From Camelus dromedarius (taxonomy: Eukaryota), in NCBI RefSeq assembly GCF_036321535.1, contig NC_087437.1, forward strand, positions 117,058,001-117,122,000: DNA of 64,000 nt, written 5' to 3'. The notes beneath the pieces were generated by a model, which worked only from the letters and a program-made list of their open reading frames with translations, did not search any database and was not told the DNA's origin. This document shows positions 14,600-29,475 of this stretch, piece by piece. The first letter of the stretch is position 1. Every line of letters begins with the position of its first letter. The position numbers and the translations under genes are program-made.

Positions 14600-15660
14600 A
14601 TTATTGAAAAGTCAAGCAAAAGGGTTAGACAAAGACTTCTTAATGACAGCAAAAGCACAGGAACCATGGAAAAAACAAACCAGACTTCATCAAAATGCTT
14701 CTGTGCTTCAGAGGAAATCACCAAAGCAGTGAAAAGACAACCCAATAAATGGGAGAAAATATTTCAAAGTCCCATATCTGATATAAAGGGCTCATATCCA
14801 GAATATATAAAGAACTCTTACAGTAATAAGGAAAAAACAACCAAATTGAAAAATGGGCAACAGATTTGCACAGACATTTCTCCATAGATATACAAGTGGA
14901 AAATAAGCACAAGAAAACATATGCAACATCATTAATCTTCAGGGAAACGTAAATCAAAACCATAGTGAGATACCACTTCACATCCACCAGGATAACTGAA
15001 ATCAGAAGGACAGACAATAACAAATGTGGACAAGGATGTGGAGAAACTAGAAACCTCATACATTACTGACTGGGAATATAAAGTAGTGCAGCCACTTTGG
15101 AAAACAGTCTGGCAACTCCTCAAAAGGCTAAAAACAGTTACCAGATAACCCACCAAACCGACTAGATATATATCCAAACGAACTAAAAACTTATGTCCAA
15201 ACAAAAATCTGTACATGAATGTTGATAAGCAGCAATATCCATAATAGTCAAAAAAGTAGAAATAATAACAAATGTCCACCAGCTGAAGAGTGGGTGAACA
15301 AAGTGTGCTCTAATATATAATGGAATATAGGGCAATGAAAAAGAATGAAAGTATTGATCCATGCTAAAAATGGAATGAGCCTTGAAAACATCACACTAAG
15401 TGAAAAAAGCCAGTCACAGGACCATACTGTATGCTTCCATTAGATGAAATGCCCAGAATACGGAAATCCACAAGGATTGAAAGATCAGTGACTGCAGGGG
15501 CCTGGGAGGGGTGGGAATGGGAACTACCTGCAAATGGGTACAGAGCTTCTTTTTAGGTGATCAAAATTTTTTGAAATTAAATAGTGGCAGTGATGGCACA
15601 ATTTTGTTAATATACTAAAACCACCGAACGCTACAGTTGTATGGTACAACAAAGCTGTTC
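14600..15660 (+). mobile_element. L1MB-type 3' portion
   Basis: ORF-track 14666..14887 (KCFCASEEITKAVKRQPNKWEKIF) is decayed L1 ORF2, followed by an L1 3' UTR. Confidence 0.85.
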
Positions 15661-15775
15661 AATACTGTTATAGAAATTCAAAATGTGAAATTTTCACATA
15701 ATTTCAAGGTATATTCAAACAATTATAAAGACAAATTATTTAAGTTTTTCTGTGTTTTAAAGTTATGAAACTCAC

Positions 15776-15907
15776 ATGTCTTACGGAGCTTGAAGATTCA
15801 TTTCCAGAAGATAAGTCAAGCCGTCCAAGATTTCTTTTACCATAGTTTGGGTATTTACGCCTACATGTCCTCTGCCTAGACTGTGACATCAAAACCACCG
15901 AATCAGA
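15776..15907 (-). CDS. BRWD1: BRWD1 exon 21 (132 bp): [44 protein letters not shown]
   Basis: Acceptor gtgtttcag|TCT, donor CAT|gtgagt. Confidence 0.94.
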
Positions 15908-16515
15908 CTGAAACACAAACGTGCAGATGAAAAATCAACACCTAAAATATAAGTACAATCTTCAATAAAGTATTTGGCATTCTATCAAATACCCAAAAGG
16001 ATTTAAGGCAAAAATAATAAGTAATAATAATAGTTCAAAAAATAAAAATCCTTGAATGGATATTTTTGCCATACATTTTTAATCAAGCTTAGGGTTTTTT
16101 GGGGTTTTTTTTTTTGTTTTTTACTTTTTAAGGTACTTAGAACACATGACTAAATTTAGGCACATCAGATCAGCATTTTCCAAACTAAATTTTAAGTTGA
16201 TTGGTTTACTATTAAAAAAAATAGTAACAATAATCCAAAAAGGAAACCACTTTAAAATATATGGGCTGGTCATGTTCTAGTGGTTAACAGACAATAATTT
16301 TCTAGCATCCTTCAGCACTGTTAGGCATTAAGCTAAAGCTACCGTCTGCAAGTTTCAAAGCCACTTCTAATAGCTGTATAACACTTCATGACTATTGTTT
16401 AAAATTCCAAACAAAAGACTAATATTACTAATATTCTTAACTGATCAAAAAGAAAAGTATAAATTTCTGTTAATTTCTAGTTTGATTATTCCTAAGAAAA
16501 TGGAATTTACGTTAC

Positions 16516-16609
16516 CTTTTGTGAGGGCTGGAGAGTCTTCCTCTTTCTTCCAATTATGTAAAGATTTCTTTCTTCTTCACCTTTCTCTATTCTGAAGTCT
16601 TCCAACTTC
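16516..16609 (-). CDS. BRWD1: BRWD1 exon 20 (94 bp): [32 protein letters not shown]
   Basis: Acceptor tttgtag|G, donor AAG|gtaacg. Confidence 0.95.
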
Positions 16610-16849
16610 CTACAAATTCAAGTACCCAGTTACATTGGTTACTGATAAGTAAAGGATATAAAGAGGCAAAGTTAATAATGATTCTAGGAATCATAACTTA
16701 AATACTTTTTAAATTAATACAGAAAATTCCTAAATTTATAACAAAACTTGTGTCAAGCTGTACTTCGTAAGAAATTCAATATAAACAAAATCTCAGAGGC
16801 AGATAGGAAGTCTTATTTTTCATATTTAGCACAGAAATATCCATTCATT

Positions 16850-17026
16850 TAAAAAACATTTTTAGTGACTTTTTCTTTTTTATTTATTTTATTTTTTTAA
16901 GTTTTTGGTGGGAAGATAATTAGGTTTACCTATTTAATTTTTTTTTTAATGGAGGTACTGGTGATTGAACCGAAGACCTCATGCATGCTAAGCAAGTGCT
17001 CTACCACTTGAGCTACACCCTCCCCC
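16850..17026 (-). mobile_element. tRNA-derived SINE (Vic-1-like, camelid)
   Basis: Reverse complement reads ggggagggtgtagctcaagtggtagagcac...ggttcaatcaccagtacctcc; imperfect TSD agaaatatccattcatt / agaaatactcattcatt. Confidence 0.85.
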
Positions 17027-18329
17027 AAGAAATACTCATTCATTCTGATCGACCCTATGAGGACCAACTCAAATAGGATCTCTCATATTAGCTACTCAAG
17101 ATGTTTCTACGATTTTCCAAGACTGCAATTCCTTTCTCTAAAGAAAAAATAAGAGCAGAATCCCCCTCCAAACTTACTCAAACTGCATGTTTTATAATTT
17201 CCAGAAAACCAGAACAGAAATGCTACTGGTTCTTCTAACCACAAATATTTCACTCACATGACACAAAACAAAGTTTATAATGTTACTAGGAATTTCAGAA
17301 CCAGAGACCTTCCACCATGAGGAAGGTACTGAAGATCATTTTCCTTCTTTGTGATTAGAAAATCCAAGCAACTAAATGTCCTTTTACTCCAATTTGAACA
17401 CTGTTGAAAATACATGGCTTCATGCTTTGTGTTCACTATAAAATTTCACTGGAAAAGTTTCAAAACTGACTTTGTACACATGCTCCAAGATATAACTGGA
17501 CACTCAAATACAAGCACAAATGCTATAAAGACAGAAACTGATTTCTAAGGAAATCACTTTTTTCTCAAGATACAGCTGCAGCCCACATTCATATGACAGC
17601 CAAGCACTATCCACAGGGGAGTTCTACACCAGACTCCACCCTTCACAAGTCATCAGTTTCTATATATTTAAGGAACTATATGAGATTTTTCACTTGCAGC
17701 CAAATGAAATTCCTACCCCATTCCTGTGTGCTTCCCTTTGTTTTGACAATGAAACACTACATACTATTCATACTCAATCAAGCAAAGGAACACTCTAGAC
17801 CTTCATAAGTACCACGTTCAACTGTGTACAATTCCACGCCTAATGAGATACTCAGCTAGTAAAAGTGACATTATGAAAGATGACAAAATGCATATGCGAT
17901 TCATTCATTCTTCTACAATGAATACAATTTCTATTATTGGATTAAGACAAACTACATACCTCAACTCTAGCCCCAACCAGAACTGCCTTTACTGGGAAGC
18001 AAGATTGAGTGTTCAACTTTCTGCACAGTAGGATCATTTATCTCCTCACACTTTTATCTATTACCTAAATTTTTCAAATTGGACACATACTACTTTTATA
18101 GTCAGAAAACAGATTTTAATTTCTCTTAATCCTTATCAAAGGACACCCTAATAAATGTTATGTAAAATTCATCATTGCTCCCATTACAAAGATTGTTGAC
18201 AAGGGCACTGATCACCACTGTATCACTCAGCATCTCCTTCCTAAAATCTCATGTGTATTTTAGAATATAGCTCTAGAAAGAGCTAGGTTCTTCTTTGGGA
18301 AAATCATAGTGTGGCACTGACTCACAAAA

Positions 18330-18790
18330 TTCTTTCTTATTTCTTCCTTAGAAATAAAATCTCAATTTTCATCTAGGTTCTTTGCTGCCCTAAAGAGAGA
18401 CTGTATTACCCCACCTCCTCTGTAGCTAAGTATGTCCACATGACGACATTCTGGGCAATGAGTTATAAGCAGAAACAGCATGTGGGACCATTAAGTTCAC
18501 TGACATAAAATTCCTTCTACTACAGATGTCCTTTTTGCATTCTTCTGCCTTCTATTCCTTCTTCTGACCTAAATCTCAACCTCCATCACACATACAGTAT
18601 GTGACAGCTATCATAAAGTCCCGCTATCTTGGACCTTGAGGTGACTGACCTTCAGATTGGAAGTCAGAAACAGAGGAGCCTGAGTCCCTAACTAATTAGG
18701 AAACCATGATTTTAGCCTGAAACTGTTTGCAGTTTTCTCTTACGTTAAGAGAATAAATGCTTGCTTAAAGAACTGTTCTTCAGGTCTTTC
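18330..18790 (+). mobile_element. MLT1-type (ERVL-MaLR) LTR remnant
   Basis: ctcctctgtagctaagtatgtccacatgacgacattctgggcaatgag...gaaacagaggagcctgagtccct, MLT1-like motifs. Confidence 0.65.
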
Positions 18791-19069
18791 ATTCCTGATA
18801 CCTGTTGCTTCCCTTGATTTTGACAACAAAAAGTATCACAAAATGACAGTTTCGGTTCTGATGACCATACAGCTCAGATATTTTAAGATTCAACTATTAA
18901 GGCTTAATTATAGCATACTACATAAATGATGGTGATTTTCTCTGTTTCTCACCCCAAATCCAGATTTTGTTTTTCACTGTTTTATTCTATACTTGTAAAC
19001 ATTCTTAAATTCAATGTACAAAATATAATTATTATTCAATATTACTCCACCAATCACTGAAACTCTTTC

Positions 19070-20080
19070 AGCTAAACACATGAAAACTTTTACAAAATTA
19101 TCCTCAAGGCATTAGTTACTGAGACACAAACGTGACGGAACAGTGAAACAGTTTAGATATCAATGTAAAATAGTATCTGCGGCCTCTGTTTTGATAACCT
19201 GAAAATCAAGCATATTACAAGCTACAAGGTAGCAAGAAAGAGCCTAATCGTCCACACTACAATCATGAAATATCACTTCTCACTACAAGAAGACAGGGCT
19301 GCTTAAAAGACTGATCCCTAGAAGGTCAAGAAATTTACAAGATGAACCTGTAACACCTTACCACGCCTGACAGCAAAGACACTATGCAAGGCTACTAGTC
19401 ATTTCAAAAGAAGCCAACCAGAAGAAGTTCCTCCTGTCCAGAGACAGAACAGTTTAAACATCAATAAGGATATCAGAAAAAAAGGTGAATCATAGCAGTG
19501 TGATTTACACAGTGAAAAACAGACACACCAACTGGCCACTGCAAGAGGATAAAAGGGACTAAATCTTTATTTTGAAGGAAAATAAGGCAAAATAAGCAAT
19601 TATCTATTCAGTTTTTTATATACAAATTTTACTACTGGATAATCAAATAGTAAAGATGAGTAAATTTTTGTTTAGAAGTATCCAAGATAATAACTTCAGA
19701 GTTGGATTTATACCCCTAATGAATTAATGAATCTAGGCAGTGAGCATCAACGCCTGCTAGCATCACAAAAAAAATTATGTGCCTTCTGATGGAATTTTAC
19801 CACTTACGAAACAGTCTTGCAAAACACTAAAAATATTTATCACATCTGAAACAACTGTAACTGTAAACAATGACTGGCTCTTTGATTCTACTGAGAAACT
19901 TCATTTTTAAGATACGACAATGGCATTATGGTTATATTTTAAGACAATTCCTTATTTTTCAGAAATACATACTGACATACTTATGGACAAAATAATATTA
20001 TGCCTGGGATATCTTTTAAAATAAGACTGAAGGAAGAAAAGGTAGGTGTTTGTATAGGTGAAATAAGATTGGTTATGAAA
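19070..20080 (+). mobile_element. Old L1MC-type 3' UTR fragment
   Basis: gatgaacctgtaacacctt, caatggcattatggttatat and gaaataagattgg motifs. Confidence 0.55.
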
Positions 20081-20087
20081 AATTTTA

Positions 20088-20486
<399 letters not shown>

Positions 20487-20574
20487 TCAAATATACATTT
20501 AACATATAATAAGCATATACGTTCCTCCTAATAAGATACAAACCAAAAATAAAGACATACTAAAAAAAGAATCT

Positions 20575-20733
20575 TTTTTTGTTTGTATTTTTGGTCCACC
20601 TATTTTGTTTTTAGGGTTTTTTTTTTTGTAAGTGGGGGTAATTAGGTATATTCATTTATTTTTTTAAATGGAGGTACTGGGGATGACCCCAGGACCTCCC
20701 AAGTAACTCTACCACTGAGCTATACCTTCTCCC
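20575..20733 (-). mobile_element. tRNA-derived SINE (Vic-1-like) with internal deletion
   Basis: ggaggtactggggatgaccccaggacc...ctctaccactgagctatacc; T-rich tail on +. Confidence 0.8.
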
Positions 20734-21980
20734 ACTATAAGACTCATTATCATTTCTTTTTGAGATTAGCAAAACTACCCAAGAGCTCAAGAGATGAATG
20801 AATAAAATCAGATATAGTCACACAATGGAGAACAGAATAGTCAAAAGTAATCTGATTCAACAATTAAGTACTCTTAATATAGCACTATGTGAAGGAAATT
20901 AAGTCTCTTTATAAACCTTTTTATAAAGTTTAAAAACAAATAAATGCCTTATATTAATATGTTTAAGAATGTCAAATCTGTTTTTTTTTTAAAGGCAAAG
21001 GAAGGATCAACATAAGATTCAAAACAGCTTTATCTTGGGAATGGGAAACAGGGCAGGATCACTGAAAGAGATATAGATTATTATCATAATTTAAAACAAA
21101 TAAAAGAGAACCATGTGTGAATCAATGATAAGAATATGTCATGAACAAAGAAAATTTAACAACCCAAGTCTTTGAGGATAGACTCCAACACAATTATATA
21201 TATAAAAATAAAACTTAAAGCATAAGGCACTAATTTTAAAGTCTTATTTCTAAAGAGAATTACTGAAACTTTTAGACATAATAGTCACAGCAAATAAAAA
21301 TCTAAAGCACAGTTATGTGGCAGACTAGATGAAAAAAGATCAATGAGTGTGACAGGGCAGGCAGATCACAGAAACCGTCCAGCACTCAGCACAGCACTGA
21401 GTGATAAAGAGACAGAGAAGTTTACAGCATTTTATAGACTCACAAAGCTTCTCTAATCTTCCACAGGGTTTTCTTTCTCAGAGTGAGTTTTCAGTTACAT
21501 AACAATCACTCATCGCTCCTAGATTATTTCCACTAATATAATTATTACTGCATTCCAATATCAAGTACTTTGCCCTTAGGAGTCACATCAAATCTTCTGA
21601 TTCAGCAAGAAACATTAGTGCTCTATTCAGTTCAGGTGTTTAAAAATTATAAAGAAAAGAAAACCTAGAACTGTAGTTTTCCTTTTAAAAAATACTTTGT
21701 TCTTTACTCTCATTTATTTACTATAATTTTGTAATATTCCTCGTTTAGAGCAAGGAAGGTTCCAATAGCCATTCACAGAACATGAAATTCAAATGTCCAT
21801 TTGCTCGTGCATCAACCTTACACCTAATAAAGCTACCTCCAGATGACTGCTGAAGTTGTAAATGTACATTCCTTACGTGACGTTTTTCATATCACATGTA
21901 GGGTACAATGACTTCATTTAGTCTTCGATTTCAATTCAGCCACATTAAGGCAAAATATCTCTTATATCTCTCATGTATTA

Positions 21981-22229
<249 letters not shown>

Positions 22230-23539
22230 TCAGTAGGCTGCAATTATAATTACAATAACAACTGTCAGAATTCTTGTCTTTTTTTAAATAACAATTAAAA
22301 TATCCTACGTATTCATAACTAAGTCGAAAAAAAAATTCAAAAAAACTTTAGAGTACTAAGTACCACAAAAACCTCCTCACAGAGCTGCTGAATTCCCCAG
22401 AAGTGAGCACATGGAAACACATTTCAGTGAAGTCTTGTTTTCCTGTTTCTCACTAATGCCCCACATTTATACACATACTTCATTAAAATCTTATTTCTTA
22501 AGGTCTCTGACCGTAACAGAGCAACCATGTGTGATTTCTGAAGTAGAGAAAAGCAGTGGAATTCCTTCTCTGTCTTACGAAATAAAAAAGAGGGAGTAAC
22601 ACATTTTAGGCCTCCAACAAGTGACAACTCCCAACTCTAGCTCCCTCCTACCCCACACACTTAGAGCACACACAGCTGAAAGCGGCAGCCACGCCCACTA
22701 AGTGCCTCTCCCACTAAGCTCATGTCGCTCTCTCACATATGCTTTAAGTGTAGGCATAATTCTTCAACTACAAATTCAGATTTTTTTTTAACTCTTTGCA
22801 TCTTTATTTTTCAAATAACACATTTTTAGAGATACTTAATAGGTTCAGAATTAGTGTCAATGGATAAAAAGTATTAGATGGTTGTGGGGTCTTGAAATTT
22901 ATCTAAACATTAACATTTTCATGCAAACAATTCCTTACACACCCACCCACCATAAAATGCATCTTCTTTGAACATAGTATATAACGCAGACCAGAACTCT
23001 CCTTCAGCTTATAAGCAGAACTCTAACTAAATTAACAGGGTATTAAACAAAAAGAATGCAAAGATATACTTGCATCCAAAGGAACACGTAAGAAACTGAA
23101 AAAAGTCCTATAGAATTTCAGAGGAAAAAATACTTCCATCCTACTACCTGAGTTAGATTCCCTTATATCTCATTGATAACATTTCCATTTTACTATGAAA
23201 CAATGAAGAACTTAGAAGAACTCACTGTCTTAAAAATTACTGAACTTTTTCATCACTGTCAAAAATGAGCTAAGAAAGAAGTGGAGCCCTAATCTAAAAA
23301 GATTTAAAAAAATTTAGTTAGAACTAGGAATAACATAACAACATGGAACCAAGGGGAGAACAGCAGGAAAAGAAACTTCTAATCCTCTCCCTTCCCCAAA
23401 AAACTCTATGTAACTTTCCTTTCACAGCACTGAACTTACATGTAACTTGGCAAGTATCATCAGAATAACTGTTTCTATTTGGCATAAACCATTCAAATAT
23501 TAAGGAAGGGTTTTACCCATAAAGGCTTAAGTGCTACAG

Positions 23540-25285
23540 TGCCCTTCCACTATAAACTACTACAACACTAGAAAAAATATATATGAAAAAGGGCTTTCAG
23601 ATATTGGACAACAGACAGCACAGGACTACAATCCCTGATCTTTTGATCGCTCCAAGTAACTGTCCGGAAGCAACTTCCAGGCTGCAGAACAAGGAGCAGG
23701 AACTTAAACACTATTCAGAGATCTCACTGAGTTGAGGGACAGAGGTCAGAGTCTCGGAGCAGGGGAAGACTAAAATATGCAAGGCTGAGTATCAGAGAGG
23801 ACTGAACTGCACAGAAAGCTGAAAGGTACACAGTCAAGTCCAACTGATTCTCTTGGCTAAATAATAATATGTGCATGGTGGGTAAAACTCCACCATGGTG
23901 GGGAATAAAACATGAAAAACCATTAAGCCAACGATTTCCCAGAATTCTCACAGGGCTGCAAATAGTTCATGTTCCCACCAGCCAGAATGGAGAGACCTCA
24001 GAACGCACAGCAGAACTGTTTTATGCATACTTCCAATCTTAACACTCAGAATATTTTAAAATGCGTGTTCAAGGCAGTGAAGAATACAATGACTGCTAGG
24101 GGTATACTGCCACAGCCCTGATTTGTGCTAAGGTACCAAAAGTTTTACCCACCACTACTTCTGTACTATCAGTGCAAATGCCAAAGGAAATTAATATTTC
24201 CATATTATTAGGAAGATAGTTATAACACTGAAGACCCCATAAAAGGTCATGGATAAAACCATGGGTCTGCAAACCACATATTGACAATTCAAGCCCTAGA
24301 GAAACCATTAATAATAAATAAAACTAACAAGCATCGCTAATAAAATGTTAGTGTCAATCATGATGAAACACTAAAAAATAAGCAATTTCAAAACAGGTGC
24401 GAAAAAAAGACTAAAGGCACAAAGAACAGAAAAGATAAAGACAAAATAAATATCAACATGTAGAACTTTAAGCTTGACCATACTAATAATTATATTAAGT
24501 ATAAATGGTTTACATATTCCAATTAAAGGCAGGCTGTCAGACTGGATTGCTGCCTGCAAGAAATACTTTAATAAAAACACACAGATTGGTTAGAATAATT
24601 GAAAAGATACACCCTGATAACACTAATCCAAAAAAGTCGGATTAGTTATAACATGAAACAAAACAAGAAATACTCCCAAGGATAAAGAGGGAATTTTCAT
24701 AATGATTATAGACTTAATCCACCAAGAGGACAATCTGAAATGTGTATACACATAATAACAGGATTTTAAAATACATAAAGCAAAAATTGATAGAACCAAA
24801 GGAAAAAGTAAGAAAAAGTCCACAGGATAGCTGAATTATTTCAGCATTCCTTAAAATAGCCACAAAATGGAAAAAAGTCAAATGTCCTTCGGCTGTTAGT
24901 GAGTGGATAAATGATGGTATACCCATACAATGGCGCATTACCAATTAACAGGAACAAATGACTAATATCTGCAACAACAAGAATGAGTCTCAAAAGCACC
25001 TGCTAAGTTAAAGAAGCCAGATCCAAAAGACTACATATTGTATGATTTCATTTATACAAAATTCCTTAAAAAGGAAAAATTAAAGTGATAAAATAAAAGT
25101 CATTACAGGGGACCAGGAAAAGGGAGAGAACTGATTTCAAACAGTCCCAAGAGAACTTCTGGGGGTGTTGGAAATGTTCTATATCTTAATTGTGATGGTG
25201 GTTACATGACGGTTTAACATTTGTCAACTGATTTGAATTGTACACTTAACAGTGGTGAATTCTGTATGTAATGCATACTTCGATC
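23540..25285 (+). mobile_element. Fragmented old L1 with a Charlie1-like end nested at about 24095-24290
   Basis: ORF2 endonuclease-like aaatggtttacatattccaattaaaggcag...gtcagactggat; L1 3' UTR at 24860-25285; ctgatttgtgctaagg...gttttacccacca Charlie motif. Confidence 0.6.
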
Positions 25286-26310
25286 AAACTAATAAAAAAA
25301 AAAGAACATCTCAAAGAGTAAACATATAGTGATTTACATTAATCTTTAACCTTACAGTGGTTTAGTTTCAGTAAATCAATCCTCATCCAAACAAAACAGA
25401 AGCATCCTTTTTCTTTGCTTAATAATATTAGAGGAAAATATTACACTGCTAGAACAAATACAAAAACTCAAAAATTTAAAAAAGACTCTGCATGTGGCTA
25501 GGACAGGCCAAGTACAAGGTGGGACTAGAACACCTTGTGCCAGAAAGTAAAGAAGTGCTCAAGAATGATGGGGACTTGGGAAAGGACACAAAACTCAGCT
25601 TGAAAAGGCTCTCACAGCCAAATCCAAGGATAGTATTAGCAACTAAATAATGATAGCAATGGATTATAACCCACTATATAACAACCCTAAATCCCTAAAT
25701 CCACATTAAAACTTAATAAATTATATAAATAAATAAATAGGAGAGTAGTAATAGGCCAGTTAATAATAAAATGCAGGTGTAATGAGAATAGAGTTAGAAA
25801 ACCATTTTGCGACCTTCAAAGTAACAAATGATTCAGGCAAAAATTCTAAATGGATCCTAAAACTTATAGGTGAAGTTTGATAAGGAACAGGTTATTTACA
25901 TCACATCTCCCCACAAATTACTTATTAATTACAAAGAGAAAAAAAAAAACCTTCATATTGGAGACCCTTGGCAGACACCAAGTATTCAAATTCAACATTA
26001 TTAATAATTGGACAAAACACAATCACAAGCACCCTAATGTGATGCTCCAGGAAGGCTACAACACCATTTATGTTCTGTTCCTTCAAAAATGCATAACCTG
26101 GACTTAATCAATGACAACTAAATGTAATATGTAGTCCCAAATTAAAATCTACATTAGGGGAGGGGAAAAAAGGTATACAGGCATTATTAGAATAACAAAC
26201 TCTGATAACAGTATTATATAAGTTAAATGTAAGTTAATTAAATATCCTAATTTTAATAATTGTTTATGATTATGTAACAGAGTATCTTTGTTCTTAGAAA
26301 ATACACACTG

Positions 26311-26550
26311 GGAAGGGACAGACTGGGAGCTCAAAATTTGTAGATACTGACAGATATACACACAGAATAGATAAGCAAGTTTATACTGTATAGCACAGGG
26401 AAATATACACAAGATCTTGTGGTAGCTCACAGTGAAAAAGAATGCAACAATGAATATATGTATGTTCAGGTATAACTGAAAAACTGTGCTCTACACCGGA
26501 AATTGACACATCATCATAACTGACTATAACTCAATAAAATGAAAAAGAAA
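26311..26550 (+). mobile_element. Young L1 3' end inserted into an older L1 fragment (about 25450-26720)
   Basis: 15-bp TSD agaaaa[t/c]acacactg at 26296-26310 and 26551-26565; AATAAA plus A-rich tail; similar to the 3' UTR of the 5376-5901 element. Confidence 0.88.
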
Positions 26551-26743
26551 AGAAAACACACACTGAAGTATTTAGCAGTAAATGGACATGAGGCCCAGAA
26601 CTTAAGTCTGAAACGGTTCAAAACAATAGTATGTATGTAGAGATAGAATGATAAAACAAATATTGCAAAATATTAAGGACTGGTGAATCTGCAAGTACAG
26701 GAGTTCTTTGTATTATTATTTACATTAAAAAAAAAAAGACTTA

Positions 26744-26977
<234 letters not shown>

Positions 26978-27092
26978 CTAGAAAAGGGAAGTTTACAGAT
27001 TCAAATTCTGAGGTTTATATACATTAAAGAAAATAAATATTAACCAGTTAATTTTATTTGAAAAGACAAAAACAATCAAATCAATACTTCTA

Positions 27093-27284
<192 letters not shown>

Positions 27285-27616
27285 CTAGGAAATACAGAGA
27301 GAAAAATTTATGACAATTTCTATGCAAGTATTTTTCTGCTGTATCAATTCCCCCCAAAAAATTAAAACCTAATTTCTCATTAAGCACATGTGATTATTTT
27401 CAGAAAACAAAATACATTTTAGATACCACTAGCCTAGAAAAAAATCATGAAAGATTTTCTAAGAGTCAGTTCTCAAACCGATCAAATGAAGGATCATAAT
27501 AAAGCAATCCAAAATTAAGGCTTTCTTCTTACAAGTAAATGACAATATCACAAACTTTTCTTTTACTATATAACAAAAAGCTACTGATTAATAATCCACG
27601 AGGCAAACGATTAAAG

Positions 27617-27742
27617 AGTAATAGTTTAGCGGGAACATGTGTACTTAGCATACACAAGGTCCTGGGTTCAATCCCCAGTACCTCCATTAAAAATAGATAA
27701 ATAAACCTAATTACGTTCCCCTTCCCCTCCTTTTTCCAAAAA
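27617..27742 (+). mobile_element. tRNA-derived SINE (Vic-1-like)
   Basis: aaggtcctgggttcaatccccagtacctccattaaaaatagataaataaacctaattac. Confidence 0.85.
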
Positions 27743-28972
27743 AGAGCAATAGTCTGGCATCTGTGAACTAAAATCAATACTTTTATGGAGTTTAAACTTT
27801 CTACTAAGATGAGTGATCACCATGCAAAATCTGCAATGCTTCGAAGTCTCAAGGGTGCATATGTAAATCCTTGCACCTGCAACTACCTTATTTCAAACTG
27901 CCATAGACTTTAGGAAGGATGCTTTAAGTGCATCATGAATGTTGCCTTAAATAGATGACTTTTAAACTGTTTTATTCTTGCTTTTTTAACTATAAATTAT
28001 ATTAGTTTAGCATTATCAATTTAGAACTAAATTAGCTGTTTCATTAACAGTGTAGAGCTATGCATATTTGTTGTCTCAGACTGTAACCTTCCAATAATAA
28101 ACTTAAGGACAAGTTAAATCATGTTGGAAAAAGCATCATCCACCCACTAATTGCCAAAACAAATCCACACACATGTGTAAGTACCCACAACTCACTACTG
28201 CTATGCTACACATGAATGAGTGCCAATTAACAAAATGGAAAAAAAAATTAAGGTACTGGGATATTTAGGGAATAAGATAGTATGTATACAAATTTGCATT
28301 CTCTCATAACTTAAAAAGAAAAAAAATGTATAAATACTTTCCCTCCTATTACACAGATTCACCCACAGGGTCCTTTGAAGAGCCATCTCCACCACAGCTC
28401 TACCTATGCCTTGACACCACGTCACACTCTTGGCTGGTAAAACAAAGATGGTGGCAGTGGCAGCTACTCTCCTATCATACGTGTGGAACTAACTGTGCTG
28501 AAAGCTTTGCTAAGGGTACCTGCTGAGAAGGAAGTTTTCCCAAGTGGACAAACCTATCTAAGCAAAGTAAGACAGACTCCAATTTTTACCTGCAGTTTGA
28601 AGAGTCCCAAAGATTCCTGACAAAATACGCCCTGCAACTGTGCCTGGAGAACAACTCAGTGTCATATAAATGTCTATTATATATGTAATGAAATACTGTT
28701 TTGTTAGTAGTTTACAACTCTAAGTAATTTGTCTAGGAGCCCCCCTCAGCTGGGCAGTAAAGAACTCCGTATACAAGGCCAATTTTTGGTGTCTGACTGG
28801 AAATAAGACCATAGTTATTCACTTGAGCCTTTTTTCAGATTATTCTTTAGCTTAGAGTTTATTTAGCCTATATTCTGTTTAAAGCCTGAATTAATGTAGT
28901 TTTCTGTTTTGACAGATTAAATTTAGGGTGCAATGTTCCTACTGAGTTTTAAAAAATAATTAAGAAAATGGA

Positions 28973-29095
28973 GGGGGAGGGTATAGCTCAGTGGCAGAGT
29001 GCACGCTTAGCATGCACAGGGTCCTAGGTTCAATCTCCAGGGACTCAGTTAAAACTAATAAGTAAACCTAATTACCTAAGCCCGCACCCCCAAAA
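28973..29095 (+). mobile_element. tRNA-derived SINE (Vic-1-like)
   Basis: ggggagggtatagctcagtggcagag (A box), ggttcaatctcc (B box), aaacctaattacc tail. Confidence 0.88.
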
Positions 29096-29475
29096 GATAG
29101 ATGTACCTATGAATTTTAAGGCCATAAAAAAATTAAAGGCAGCTTAGTTCTTTTTCCAGTAATTTGAACACACAGAGATGCAACTTTCAGAGGTACCTAA
29201 AGATGTACTTTCAGTACTTTCAGTCATGCTATCTGAGTTGTTTCAGTGCATTTAATGTTAATAAGTAAAATACTGTACTTTAAACTGTTAGAGAAACTGT
29301 CCAGCATAAGTATATTGAAATTTTAAAAAAAACTTAAAAACACAGAACACATGGACTAGGGTGGTCTTCAATCAAAAGTCTAAGAACCACTAATGTATAG
29401 GAAATTATTACTCTGCCTCCAAAATTAATCACACTTTGAACTGGACCTCAATATTAACTGAAGAGTAATTTTCTA

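Noticed and set aside
22674..22720. Cluster of E-box, KLF/SP (GCCACGCCC) and TAAGTG motifs as an enhancer
   Set aside because: Short motifs are expected by chance; not supportable without conservation or chromatin data.
28448..28670. Naming a parent gene (BLOC1S2 or SELENOF) for the putative retrocopy
   Set aside because: Only short, frameshifted motif resemblances from memory; both fit about equally badly.
28973..29045. tRNA genes here and near 16950, 20670, 27620, 42225 and 59505
   Set aside because: Degenerate stems, a shared AT-rich tail and flanking duplications in several copies identify them as tRNA-derived SINEs.
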